64,000 nucleotides of DNA from an uncultured Bacteroidales bacterium (GTDB lineage: Bacteria > Bacteroidota > Bacteroidia > Bacteroidales > ML635J-15): positions 50 through 64,049 of the forward strand of contig CAJOIT010000007.1 in assembly GCA_905234755.1 (NCBI GenBank). Reading direction: 5' to 3'. The notes under the pieces are model-generated. The model was not told the DNA's origin. It did not search any database and was given only the letters and a program-made list of their open reading frames with translations. The translations under genes and the position numbers were made by a program. Shown piece by piece: positions 1 through 9,486 of the stretch (the stretch's first letter is position 1; each line of letters starts with the position of its first letter).

Positions 1-20
1 CAACCAATGTGAACTATACG

Positions 21-51
21 GATGGCTGCAACAATGCAGCCATCTTTTTTT
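21..51 (+). terminator. Rho-independent terminator of an off-window upstream gene
   Basis: Perfect 10-bp stem gatggctgca / tgcagccatc (21-30 / 35-44), 4-nt loop, followed by a T7 run (45-51). Confidence 0.8.
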
Positions 52-399
52 ATTGCTTTACGCAAAAAAATCACATTGTTAGTCTTATTTATTTTGCCAT
101 ACGGCTAATATGACCAAAACTTTTCCAATCCCAGGCAACGAAATCGCAATTATAATTGTCATATAGGCGAAAGTGAGCAATCACTGACGATATGTGGAAC
201 CCTATGGTATAACATGATGATGTTTTTATTATAGGCCTAGGCGAATTATATTCAACTACTACACATTTTATTATTTACAAGTCTTGCCAGAGATTGTAAA
301 TGCGTAAAAAACATCTCATTTGGAATGATTCTGTAGGGTTTTCACATATTTATGTTTAATAACATTGTAAAAGTGGAGTTGCAGAAATAAAATAAATTA

Positions 400-407
400 T
401 AGATTTG
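400..407 (+). promoter_or_regulatory. Bacteroidetes-type -7 promoter box (TAnnTTTG)
   Basis: tagatttg matches the TAnnTTTG consensus. It lies immediately 5' of the riboswitch aptamer. Confidence 0.5.
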
Positions 408-409
408 CC

Positions 410-572
410 ACTGGTTTCGGGTTCTCACCGATTAATAGGGAATCCTGTGTAAATCAGGAGCTATGCCCGTAGCTGTGAGTTCCTAAAAAGGCTTCCGACA
501 CCATAGTCACTGATATTTTTATCGGGAAGAAGTCGGAAGTGGAACAAGCCAGAAGACCTGCCCGATTCCGTA
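410..572 (+). promoter_or_regulatory. Cobalamin (B12) riboswitch aptamer
   Basis: Conserved cobalamin-riboswitch blocks are readable directly: aatagggaatcctgtgtaaatcaggagctatgcccgtagctgtgag (AAxAGGGAA..GUGxAAAUC..GCCCGxAGCUGU), agtcactg...gggaag (GCCACUG..GGGAAG block) and the B12 box agccagaagacctgcc (548-563). Confidence 0.85.
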
Positions 573-621
573 TCCACAGCTTTCGGGGTCAAGAGCATGA
601 GGGATTGTAAGAAATGTTGCT

Positions 622-648
622 AAGGCACATTCTGCCCTTTTTGTTTTT
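622..648 (+). terminator. Possible weak intrinsic terminator (riboswitch expression platform?)
   Basis: Short bulged stem aaggca/tgccctt with 5-nt loop, followed by tttttgttttt. The stem is weak. Confidence 0.3.
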
Positions 649-738
649 CCCAGCTGTTATTTTTAAAAAGTAAATGTATGATTGGTATTAATGTAAATAA
701 TGTCATAAAATTGTTTAACCTAACCAAAAATAACAATT

Positions 739-1020
739 ATGGTAATTAAAGAAGCATTTGCAGGAACATTAGAATCGGGCGATATACTAATTCAAATTTC
801 GCCTGCAGAAGAAAAAGGTCTGCACATTGATTTGCAGAGCACCGTAGCCTACCAGTTTGGAAGGCAAATCAAACAAGTGATTACGGAAACTTTGGAAGGA
901 CTTGATGTAAAAGATGCCACCGTGAGGGCTACCGACAAGGGTGCGCTCGATTGTACAATCCGCGCTCGCGTGACAGCCGCTGCAGTAAGGGCAACAGGAA
1001 AAGATGTGTGGAAGGACTAA
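739..1020 (+). CDS. citD: Citrate lyase acyl carrier protein (gamma subunit)
   Basis: 93 aa. The N-terminus AGTLESGDILIQISP matches the CitD prosthetic-group serine region. It is the first gene of a cit cluster. Confidence 0.9.
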   Translation: MVIKEAFAGTLESGDILIQISPAEEKGLHIDLQSTVAYQFGRQIKQVITETLEGLDVKDATVRATDKGALDCTIRARVTAAAVRATGKDVWKD

Positions 1021-1049
1021 TTCATTTGAACAATTAAAAAAGTATAGAT

Positions 1050-1943
1050 ATGAGATTAAGAAGAACCATGATGTTTGTGCCGGGTAATAATCCCGGTATG
1101 ATGGCCGATGCTTTCATATATGGGCCGGATTCCATCATGCTCGACCTTGAAGACTCAGTCACCATGGCCGAGAAGGATGCAGCTCGTCTGCTAGTCTATA
1201 ATGCTTTGAAAACCATAGATTATGGTGACACGGAGATGGTTGTACGTATAAATCCGCTCAACACACCATACGGTAAAAAGGATGTTGAGGCAGTGGTAAA
1301 GGCTGGTGTGGATGTAATCCGTATGCCAAAGACCGAAACTGCTGAGGAAGTTCGTGAGGTAGAACGCGAAATTGAGAAAGTTGAAAAAGAAATAGGCTGT
1401 CTCGGTCGTACCAAAATTATGGCTGCCATCGAAAGTACTCTCGGTATAGTTAATGCTTACGAAATAGCTGTAGCATCAAAGCGTATGATGGGTATTGCCC
1501 TTGGCGCCGAGGACTACTGTGCAAACTTAAAGACTCAGCGTACTCCAGAAGGTACGGAGTTGCTGCTTGCTCGTCAGACTATAGTTGTAGCTGCTCGCGC
1601 TGCTGGTATCGATGCACTCGACACAGTCTATTCTAACTTGAACGATATGGAAACCTTCCGCAAGGAGGTTGAACTAATCAAGGCTTTGGGCTTCGACGGC
1701 AAGTCAATTATCAACCCACGCCAGATTGAAATTATAAACGAGGTATTTGCTCCCAAGCAAAAGGACATCGACAAGGCTCTTACAATTCTTGCTGCCATTA
1801 AGGAAGCCGAAAAGAAGGGTTCTGGTGTTATCGCTGTAAACGGAAAGATGGTTGACAAGCCAGTAGTTATCCGTGCTCAGCGCACCATTGATTTAGCCAT
1901 TGCATCTGGAGTATTAAACAAGGAGGAAATCGACAATGAGTAG
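1050..1943 (+). CDS. citE: Citrate lyase beta subunit (citryl-CoA lyase)
   Basis: 297 aa. It has the HpcH/HpaI-aldolase-like CitE signature RRTMMFVPGNNP ... DLEDSV ... GAEDY and sits between citD and citF. Confidence 0.9.
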   Translation: MRLRRTMMFVPGNNPGMMADAFIYGPDSIMLDLEDSVTMAEKDAARLLVYNALKTIDYGDTEMVVRINPLNTPYGKKDVEAVVKAGVDVIRMPKTETAEEVREVEREIEKVEKEIGCLGRTKIMAAIESTLGIVNAYEIAVASKRMMGIALGAEDYCANLKTQRTPEGTELLLARQTIVVAARAAGIDALDTVYSNLNDMETFRKEVELIKALGFDGKSIINPRQIEIINEVFAPKQKDIDKALTILAAIKEAEKKGSGVIAVNGKMVDKPVVIRAQRTIDLAIASGVLNKEEIDNE

Positions 1944-3474
1944 CATTAAAGATAGAGCAGACCTTATAAAGCAGGCTGCTGCCCAGATGGGTAAGGAAAC
2001 TTATAAAGGAACAGCCGCCAAAGCGCAACAACCGCGCACAGAATATCAGAAAAGCAGTCCCAAAATAGCAACACTTGAAGAAGCTATTCGTAAATGCGGA
2101 TTGAAAGATGGTATGACTATTTCATTCCACCATCACTTCAGAGGTGGCGACAAGGTGGTAAATATGGTGGTTGACAAACTTGCAGAAATGGGATTTAAAA
2201 ACCTTTCGCTTGCAGCTTCAAGCCTTCAGGATGTACATGCTCCACTTATCGAGCATATCAAAAATGGTGTTATCACCGAGATTTCGACTAGCGGACTTCG
2301 TGGTGAATTGGCCGATGAAATTTCACGCGGCTTGATGGAAAAGCCGGTGGTATTCCGCTCGCATGGCGGCCGTGGTAGTGCTATCCGCAATGGTGACCTT
2401 TATATTGATGTTGCATTCATCGGTGCTTCTTCGTGCGACCCGTTAGGTAACGCCTGCGGTTTCTCGCGTTCCGAGAATGCCAAAAGCATCTGCGGTTCGT
2501 TGGGTTACGCAATTCCCGATGCACATCATGCCGACAAAGTAGTTGTGCTTACCGACGACCTTGTTGAATATCCAAATACTCCAAGTTCCATTTCGGAGCA
2601 CTTGGTTGATTATGTGGTGGTTTGCGATAGTGTTGGCGACAGCTCCAAGATTTCGTCAGGAGCCATCCGCGATACCAAGAACCCACGCGATATTCTCCTT
2701 GCAAAACAAGCGGCTAAGGTTGTAATCAATAGTGGATATTTCAACAACGGCTTTTCAATTCAGACAGGTTCGGGCGGTGCTTCGTTGGCTGTAGTGAAAT
2801 ACATTCGCGAAAGCATGATTGAAAAGGGCATCAAGGCATCGTTTGCACTTGGTGGCATTACCGCTCACATGGTAAAATTGCACGAAGAAGGTCTTATCGA
2901 CCGTCTGGTAGATGTGCAATCGTTCGACAGAGCAGCTGCCGAAAGCATAATGAAAGATCCTAATCATCGTGAAGTGTCGGCTATCAGTTATGCCAGCGCC
3001 GATGAACCAAGTTCGGCAACTCACTTCCTCGACATTGTAATTCTTTCCGCTCTCGAAGTGGATGTCAACTTCAATGTAAATGTCCTTGTTGGTAGCGATG
3101 GAATCATCCGTGGTGCAATCGGCGGACATCCCGACACGGCTGCCGACAGCGGTATTTCTATCGTAGTCTGCCCGTTGTTGCGCGGACGCATACCATGTGT
3201 GGTCGATGAAGTCACTACTCTCATCACTCCTGGAAGCACAGTAGATGTGGTTGTTACCGAATACGGCATTGCTGTTAACCCAGGTCGTCCCGAAATCATG
3301 GAACGCTTGAAAGCCGCTGGATTGAATATAGTAACTATGGAATATCTGCGCGACCGTGCATTGAGCGTTATCGGACAGCCCGACCCATTGCCATTTGGCG
3401 ACAAGGTTGTCGGCATAGTGATGAACCGTGACGGCTCGGTGATGGATGTCATTAAGAACATTGTAGAAAAATAG
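1936..3474 (+). CDS. citF: Citrate lyase alpha subunit (citrate CoA-transferase)
   Basis: 512 aa, the typical CitF length. It overlaps the citE stop by 8 nt and has CitF-like blocks (ISFHHHFRGGD, SGGAS, GGHPDTA). Confidence 0.9.
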   Translation: MSSIKDRADLIKQAAAQMGKETYKGTAAKAQQPRTEYQKSSPKIATLEEAIRKCGLKDGMTISFHHHFRGGDKVVNMVVDKLAEMGFKNLSLAASSLQDVHAPLIEHIKNGVITEISTSGLRGELADEISRGLMEKPVVFRSHGGRGSAIRNGDLYIDVAFIGASSCDPLGNACGFSRSENAKSICGSLGYAIPDAHHADKVVVLTDDLVEYPNTPSSISEHLVDYVVVCDSVGDSSKISSGAIRDTKNPRDILLAKQAAKVVINSGYFNNGFSIQTGSGGASLAVVKYIRESMIEKGIKASFALGGITAHMVKLHEEGLIDRLVDVQSFDRAAAESIMKDPNHREVSAISYASADEPSSATHFLDIVILSALEVDVNFNVNVLVGSDGIIRGAIGGHPDTAADSGISIVVCPLLRGRIPCVVDEVTTLITPGSTVDVVVTEYGIAVNPGRPEIMERLKAAGLNIVTMEYLRDRALSVIGQPDPLPFGDKVVGIVMNRDGSVMDVIKNIVEK

Positions 3475-3476
3475 AA

Positions 3477-3986
3477 ATGGAAGTAACGCTCGACCTTCTT
3501 TTGGCAAGCCGTGACGAGCGGTGGCAGCACCAGCAGGAACTGCTTCGGCAGAATCCCAATTTAACTTTGGTGTGTCTTACCGTTGTAATGCCGGGGAAGG
3601 TCAAGCGCGACAACCGTTCTCTCATAGTGGCAAAGTCTGCTGTTGAGGCTCTTAGAAAAGAGTTCTGCTCTCAGGTTGTTTCCTTTGAGGAACGCGACTT
3701 GCCGACAGGCTTTGAAGCTTACATGCTTTGTTCTGCCGATTTGCTTGATGCAAAAAAGCGAGTCTGCCAAATAGAAGAGACACATCCTTTAGGTCGTTTG
3801 TTTGACCTTGATGTAATACGGACCGATGGAACACCAGTTTCTCGTACCGAATTAGGGATGGCAGGGCGGAAATGTATACTTTGCGACAACGAGGCGCGCT
3901 ATTGCATGCGCAATCACACGCACAGCCAAGAAGAACTGCAAACACGTATCACAAATCTTATCGATAGCTATGTACACAGAGTTTGA
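3477..3986 (+). CDS. citX: Apo-citrate lyase phosphoribosyl-dephospho-CoA transferase (holo-ACP synthase)
   Basis: 169 aa. It has the CitX-like N-terminus LLASRDERWQHQQELL...VVMPGKVK and follows citF in the cluster. Confidence 0.8.
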   Translation: MEVTLDLLLASRDERWQHQQELLRQNPNLTLVCLTVVMPGKVKRDNRSLIVAKSAVEALRKEFCSQVVSFEERDLPTGFEAYMLCSADLLDAKKRVCQIEETHPLGRLFDLDVIRTDGTPVSRTELGMAGRKCILCDNEARYCMRNHTHSQEELQTRITNLIDSYVHRV

Positions 3987-5676
3987 AATACGCGAACTTA
4001 GGTTGACCATACCACGCCATCGACAAATGGTGGAGCGGTTTTTGGCTGCCAATGGTCTCCGTATCGACAATGTGGACTATTATGCCGGAGTTTTCTCAAT
4101 TGATGGAGATGAGATTTTGGCTGGCGGTGGATTGGCGGGTAATGTCATCAAGTGCATTGCAGTATCGTCGTACTTGCGCGATGAAGGTTTGTCGAATCGC
4201 CTTATTTCACATCTTATTAGTGTTGCGCACGATAGAGGCTATCAAAACATAAAAGTGTTTACCAAACCTTCCAATCGTAGCATTTTCGAGAGTTTGAGTT
4301 TCCGTCTTTTGGCCGAGGCTCCGCAAGCTATATTTATGGAAACAGGAGCCAAGGGAATTGATGATTATTGCCATTATCTGCAGTCGCTTCGCGAAGATGG
4401 CGAAAACGGAGTTGTCGTGATGAACGCCAATCCTTTCACTTTCGGTCATCGTTACCTAGTTGAACAGGCATCAATGCGTGTGGCGCATCTTTATGTCATT
4501 GCGGTCAAGGAAGACGCTTCGCTTTTCTCGTATCAGGAAAGGTTGGCAATGATAAAGCAGGGTTGTGCCGATTTGAAAAATGTCACCGTGTGCGAAGGTA
4601 GCGACTATGCGATTTCGGCTGCCACTTTCCCGACCTACTTCCTGAAAGAACTTTCGGAGGCAAGCGAAACCCAAATGCGTCTCGACCTTGACTTGTTCCG
4701 CCGTCACATAGCACCTGCGCTCAACGCATCGGTGCGTTTTGTGGGAAGCGAACCGACAGATGTGCTTACTTGTCGCTACAACGAGTTGATGAAGGAAATG
4801 CTTTCTCGTGTGGAAACTATAGAGCGAAAATCAATAAAAGGGAAACCAATTTCCGCAACAGATGTTCGTAAGGTGTTGAGCGAAGGAAGTTTACATAAAG
4901 TTTTGTCTTTGGTGCCAGTTACTACTGTTCCATATCTTGTTGTTCAGTTGGCAATAAGAGCTTTGACTTTGGAACTTGATACCACCCCAAAACCCGGTTT
5001 GGTGGACCTTCACGACAATGGATCCCATCGTGATATGAACTATGACCTGATGATGCGGAGCATTCATGCATTGCGACCACATTTTGTAGAGGTAGCGACA
5101 ACACCATTTGTGACTTTACAGCAGTATGTCAGCGACTTACAAGCCATAGGCATAAGGGCCGAAAAGGATATGCTTGTCGTAACAGGAGGGGTGAATACTC
5201 ACAAAGGCGCTTTTTTCTCTCTTGGAATCACTATTGCGGCTGCACGCATTTCGCCTAGTGACATTCAAACAGGCATCAAGGAAATAGCAAAACTATTTCC
5301 AAGAGCAAAAAACACTCACGGAAGCGAAGCGGTTAATCAATACCACATTAAAGGGGCTTTGGACAATGCTGTGGAAGGTTATTCGCAACTTTTCTCCGAT
5401 TGGCTACCTTATTATCAGAAAGGGCGCAATGAACAATACGCGTTGCATAAGACTTTGCTTCGCATTATGGCTACTCTTGACGATACCAATATATATCATC
5501 GCACCGATGCCGATACTGCCCTTTGGGTAAAGCGTCTGGCAACGGAAGTGCTGGATGATTTCAGTATAGACAAACTCGAAGCTATGAACAAAGAATTTAT
5601 AATTCGTAATATTTCTCCTGGTGGCTGTGCCGATATGCTGGCACTGACATTATTTATTGACTCAATAAAACATTAA
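3970..5676 (+). CDS. citCG: Fusion of [citrate (pro-3S)-lyase] ligase (CitC) and triphosphoribosyl-dephospho-CoA synthase (CitG)
   Basis: 568 aa. The N-terminal two-thirds has a GNAT-like region plus the cytidylyltransferase-like CitC block VVMNANPFTFGHRYLVEQA. The C-terminal third has the CitG block TTPKPGLVDLHDNGSHRDMNYDLMMRS. Confidence 0.8.
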   Translation: MYTEFEIRELRLTIPRHRQMVERFLAANGLRIDNVDYYAGVFSIDGDEILAGGGLAGNVIKCIAVSSYLRDEGLSNRLISHLISVAHDRGYQNIKVFTKPSNRSIFESLSFRLLAEAPQAIFMETGAKGIDDYCHYLQSLREDGENGVVVMNANPFTFGHRYLVEQASMRVAHLYVIAVKEDASLFSYQERLAMIKQGCADLKNVTVCEGSDYAISAATFPTYFLKELSEASETQMRLDLDLFRRHIAPALNASVRFVGSEPTDVLTCRYNELMKEMLSRVETIERKSIKGKPISATDVRKVLSEGSLHKVLSLVPVTTVPYLVVQLAIRALTLELDTTPKPGLVDLHDNGSHRDMNYDLMMRSIHALRPHFVEVATTPFVTLQQYVSDLQAIGIRAEKDMLVVTGGVNTHKGAFFSLGITIAAARISPSDIQTGIKEIAKLFPRAKNTHGSEAVNQYHIKGALDNAVEGYSQLFSDWLPYYQKGRNEQYALHKTLLRIMATLDDTNIYHRTDADTALWVKRLATEVLDDFSIDKLEAMNKEFIIRNISPGGCADMLALTLFIDSIKH

Positions 5677-5713
5677 ACGATAATTAGAATAACTTATTTT
5701 AAATTAGATAATT

Positions 5714-7954
5714 ATGATAGAAGTAATCAATCACGGAGTTTACCTCCTCAATGGTTCTGAAATCACCACCGAGCCACAGTCCATTTCTGCTGACGAAGCT
5801 CGCGAGAACACCATCACCTACGGCATTATGCGTGCCCACGATGTTGATGGAAGCAAAGGCAAGAAGATGCGTATTCATTTCGATGCTTTGGCATCGCACG
5901 ACATCACTTATGTAGGAATTATCCAGACAGCCCGTGCGAGTGGATTGGAAAAGTTCCCAATTCCTTACGCAATGACCAACTGCCACAATTCCCTTTGTGC
6001 AGTAGGCGGTACAATCAACGAGGATGACCATGTGTTCGGTCTTTCGGCTGCAAAGAAGTATGGTGGCACATACGTTCCTGCAAATCAGGCTGTTATTCAC
6101 CAGTATGTGCGCGAAGAAATGGCTAAGTGCGGTAACATGATTCTTGGTTCCGACAGTCACACGCGTTACGGCTCTTTGGGTAACATGGGCGTTGGCGAAG
6201 GCGGTGGCGAGTTGGTAAAGCAGTTGCTTAAGAATACTTGGGATGTAAATGCTCCCGAAGTTGTTCTTGTTTGGCTCGAAGGCTCACCAAAGAAGGGTAT
6301 CGGTCCTCATGATGTGGCTATCTCGTTGGTAAAGGCTACTTTCGAGAGCGGTGCTGTAAAGAACAAGGTTCTTGAGTTTGCCGGTCCTGGCGTTAAGAAT
6401 CTTCCTATCGACTTCCGCAACGGCATTGATGTTATGACAACCGAAACCACTTGCCTCAGCTCCATTTGGATTACCGATGACGAGGTTAAGCGTTATTATG
6501 AGACACACAAGCGTCCTCAGGACTATCGTGAGTTGAAGCCCGGCAAGGTGGCTTATTACGATATGATGATTCGCGTTGACCTCTCATCGCAGGAGGCCAT
6601 GATTGCATTGCCTTTCCATCCGTCAAATGCATATACCATTCACGAGTTGCAGGCTAATCCAGTTGAAATCTTGAAGAAGATTGAGGACGAAGCAAATAAG
6701 ACTTTCGGCGACAAGGTTGATGTTCATCTTGTTGACAAGGTTCGCGATGGTAAGGTTTATGCCGACCAGGGTATTATTGCAGGTTGCTCGGGCGGTATGT
6801 ACGACAACCTCGCAGAAGCTGCTTCTATCATGAAGGGCAAGACTATTGGTAACGACTATTTCACAATGTCGGCATACCCGCAGTCGATGCCTGTATATAT
6901 GGCTACCACTCGCAATGGTATAACCGAGGAACTTATTGAAAGCGGTGTTGTTATTAAGCCGGCTTTTTGCGGTCCGTGCTTCGGAGCTGGTGATGTTCCT
7001 GCAAACAACGGACTCAGCATCCGTCATACAACTCGTAACTTCCCGAACCGCGAAGGTTCAAAGCCTGGACAGGGACAGTTGTCGTTGGTTTGCTTGATGG
7101 ACGCTCGCTCTATCGCAGCAACTGCAGCCAACGGAGGCGCTATCACAGCAGCTACCGATGTTGATTACACCAACAACCACAAGCCATACGAGTTTGATGC
7201 AAACATTTATCAGCGTCGTCTTTACTACGGTTTCGGCAAGGAAGATTCCTCTGTGGCATTGAAATATGGTCCAAACATCAAGGATTGGCCGACAATGTAC
7301 CCGATGCAGGAGAATATGTTGGTAGAATTGGCAGCAGTTATTCACGACCCTGTAACAACTACCGATGAGTTGATTCCTTCGGGCGAAACATCATCTTATC
7401 GTTCTAACCCGCTTAAACTCTCCGAGTTTGCATTGAGTCGCCGCGTCCCAGAATATGTTGGTATTGCTAAGCGCATCCAGCAGGAAGACCACGAACGCCG
7501 TGATGGCAAATGTCCAGCACATGTGTTGGAAGCTTTGAAGAAGGTTGGCGCAACACCAGAAAACACTTCGTTTGGTTCGTGCGTGTATGCAAACCGTCCG
7601 GGCGATGGTTCTGCACGCGAACAGGCTGCTTCGTGCCAGAAGGTTCTTGGCGGTGACGCTAATATCTGCATAGAATATGCAACCAAGCGTTATCGTTCCA
7701 ACTGTATCAACTGGGGTATAGTTCCTTTCACTCTTGATAAGGATGCTAAGTTCGACTATGAACCAGGCGATATGGTGTTTGTTCCTGGATTGCGTAAGGC
7801 TATTCTCGACGGAAAAGAGGAAATCAACGCTAAGGTTATCACCAAGCAAGGTGTAAGCGATATTCACCTCAATTTCCAGAACCTCACCGCCGATGAACGC
7901 CAGATTTTGGCCGATGGTTGCTTGATGAATTATTACAAGAATTTGAACAAATAA
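5714..7954 (+). CDS. acn: Aconitate hydratase
   Basis: 746 aa with aconitase-family blocks (GSDSHT, IIAGCSGGMYDN, FCGPCFG Fe-S cysteine region, swivel-domain C-terminus). Confidence 0.9.
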   Translation: MIEVINHGVYLLNGSEITTEPQSISADEARENTITYGIMRAHDVDGSKGKKMRIHFDALASHDITYVGIIQTARASGLEKFPIPYAMTNCHNSLCAVGGTINEDDHVFGLSAAKKYGGTYVPANQAVIHQYVREEMAKCGNMILGSDSHTRYGSLGNMGVGEGGGELVKQLLKNTWDVNAPEVVLVWLEGSPKKGIGPHDVAISLVKATFESGAVKNKVLEFAGPGVKNLPIDFRNGIDVMTTETTCLSSIWITDDEVKRYYETHKRPQDYRELKPGKVAYYDMMIRVDLSSQEAMIALPFHPSNAYTIHELQANPVEILKKIEDEANKTFGDKVDVHLVDKVRDGKVYADQGIIAGCSGGMYDNLAEAASIMKGKTIGNDYFTMSAYPQSMPVYMATTRNGITEELIESGVVIKPAFCGPCFGAGDVPANNGLSIRHTTRNFPNREGSKPGQGQLSLVCLMDARSIAATAANGGAITAATDVDYTNNHKPYEFDANIYQRRLYYGFGKEDSSVALKYGPNIKDWPTMYPMQENMLVELAAVIHDPVTTTDELIPSGETSSYRSNPLKLSEFALSRRVPEYVGIAKRIQQEDHERRDGKCPAHVLEALKKVGATPENTSFGSCVYANRPGDGSAREQAASCQKVLGGDANICIEYATKRYRSNCINWGIVPFTLDKDAKFDYEPGDMVFVPGLRKAILDGKEEINAKVITKQGVSDIHLNFQNLTADERQILADGCLMNYYKNLNK

Positions 7955-7974
7955 TAAATTAAAAAACGAATATC

Positions 7975-9186
7975 ATGAAAGAAAAAATTCAGATGACCAC
8001 TCCGCTCGTTGAGATGGATGGCGATGAAATGACCCGAATTTTATGGAAGATGATAAAGGACGAACTCATCCTCCCCTTTGTAGATTTGAAGAGCGAATAC
8101 TACGACCTTGGTCTTATGAAGCGCGATGAAACCAACGACCAGATTACCATCGATTCGGCAGAGGCAACAAAGAAGTATGGTGTTGCTGTAAAGTGTGCAA
8201 CCATTACTCCGAATGCACAGCGTATGACCGAGTATAACCTCCACGAGATGTGGAAGTCGCCTAACGGCACTATCCGTTCCATCCTCGATGGTACAGTGTT
8301 CCGCACACCAATCATCATCGACAGCATTAAGCCTGTTGTTAAGAATTGGGAGTTGCCTATCACTATCGCCCGTCACGCATACGGTGATGTGTATAAGAGC
8401 GTTGAACTTCGCGTTGAAGAACCAGGTGTTGCCAAGTTGGTTTTCGATGGCGAAAGCGGCAAGCACGACGAAGTTGTAATTCAGAACTTCAAGGGAGCAG
8501 GCGTTCTTCAGGGAATGCATAATGTAGATAAGAGCATCCGTTCGTTTGCTCACTCTTGCTTTAAGTTCGCTCTCGACCGTGGCGAAAGTTTGTGGTTCTC
8601 AACCAAGGATACTATTTCTAAGAAGTACGATGCTCAGTTCCGCATCATTTTCGACGAAGTATTCCAGGAATACAAGGACGAATTCGACAAACGCGGTTTG
8701 GAATATTTCTACACTCTCATCGACGATGCTGTTGCTCGTGTTATCCGCTCGAAGGGTGGTTTCATTTGGGCTTGCAAGAATTACGATGGTGATGTAATGA
8801 GCGACATGGTTTCCACAGCATTCGGTTCGTTGGCAATGATGACATCTGTACTTGTTAGCCCTGATGGCAATTACGAGTACGAAGCTGCTCACGGCACTGT
8901 AACCCGTCACTACTATAAGTATTTGAAGGGCGAGGAAACATCCACCAACCCGATGGCAACTATCTTCGCATGGAGCGGTGCATTGCGCAAACGCGGTGAG
9001 AAGGATGGCAACAAGGCATTGAAGAATTTTGGTGACCAGCTCGAAGGCGCATGCTTCGACACACTCAACGAGGGCATCTGCACAAAAGATCTTGTAAACC
9101 TTATGGAGGGAATTACGCCTAAGCCCGTCAACTCGGCAGACTTTATCGCAGCTATTCGCGAGCGTCTCGAGAAGAGGTTGGCTTAA
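7975..9186 (+). CDS. icd: NADP-dependent isocitrate dehydrogenase (eukaryote-like, subfamily II)
   Basis: 403 aa. PLVEMDGDEMTRILW, TITPNAQR, ARHAYGD and NYDGDVMSD are characteristic of ~400-aa type II IDH. Confidence 0.9.
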   Translation: MKEKIQMTTPLVEMDGDEMTRILWKMIKDELILPFVDLKSEYYDLGLMKRDETNDQITIDSAEATKKYGVAVKCATITPNAQRMTEYNLHEMWKSPNGTIRSILDGTVFRTPIIIDSIKPVVKNWELPITIARHAYGDVYKSVELRVEEPGVAKLVFDGESGKHDEVVIQNFKGAGVLQGMHNVDKSIRSFAHSCFKFALDRGESLWFSTKDTISKKYDAQFRIIFDEVFQEYKDEFDKRGLEYFYTLIDDAVARVIRSKGGFIWACKNYDGDVMSDMVSTAFGSLAMMTSVLVSPDGNYEYEAAHGTVTRHYYKYLKGEETSTNPMATIFAWSGALRKRGEKDGNKALKNFGDQLEGACFDTLNEGICTKDLVNLMEGITPKPVNSADFIAAIRERLEKRLA

Positions 9187-9228
9187 GCTTCCAATGCTGT
9201 ATGGCAAATATTTTTAGACGGAATACGA

Positions 9229-9262
9229 TAAAGCACCGCCCTGTTTGCGGTGGTGCTTTTTT
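9229..9262 (+). terminator. Rho-independent terminator after icd
   Basis: aaagcaccgcc / ggtggtgcttt stem (one G-U pair) with an 8-nt loop, then a T-run (tttttt). Confidence 0.75.
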
Positions 9263-9486
9263 CCGTATTCCAAGAATTAAGGATGGTGGATTTGTAACCA
9301 ATTAATCGGCGAATGTGTATAAAATTTGATAGATTGTACAACAATCTTCATTCGTAATCTTAATAATTTTGCCGTACAGATAATTTCGGAAAAGATGCTT
9401 TCAAATACAAAAAATATTTCGTAACTTTGAACGGATATTTTTTTATTTTTAAACTATTGATTTATAGACAAAAAACAATAATATAG

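Noticed and set aside
2755-3530. 250-aa and 169-aa minus-strand ORFs
   Set aside because: Both are fully antisense to citF, whose identity and operon context are strong. They have no motifs.
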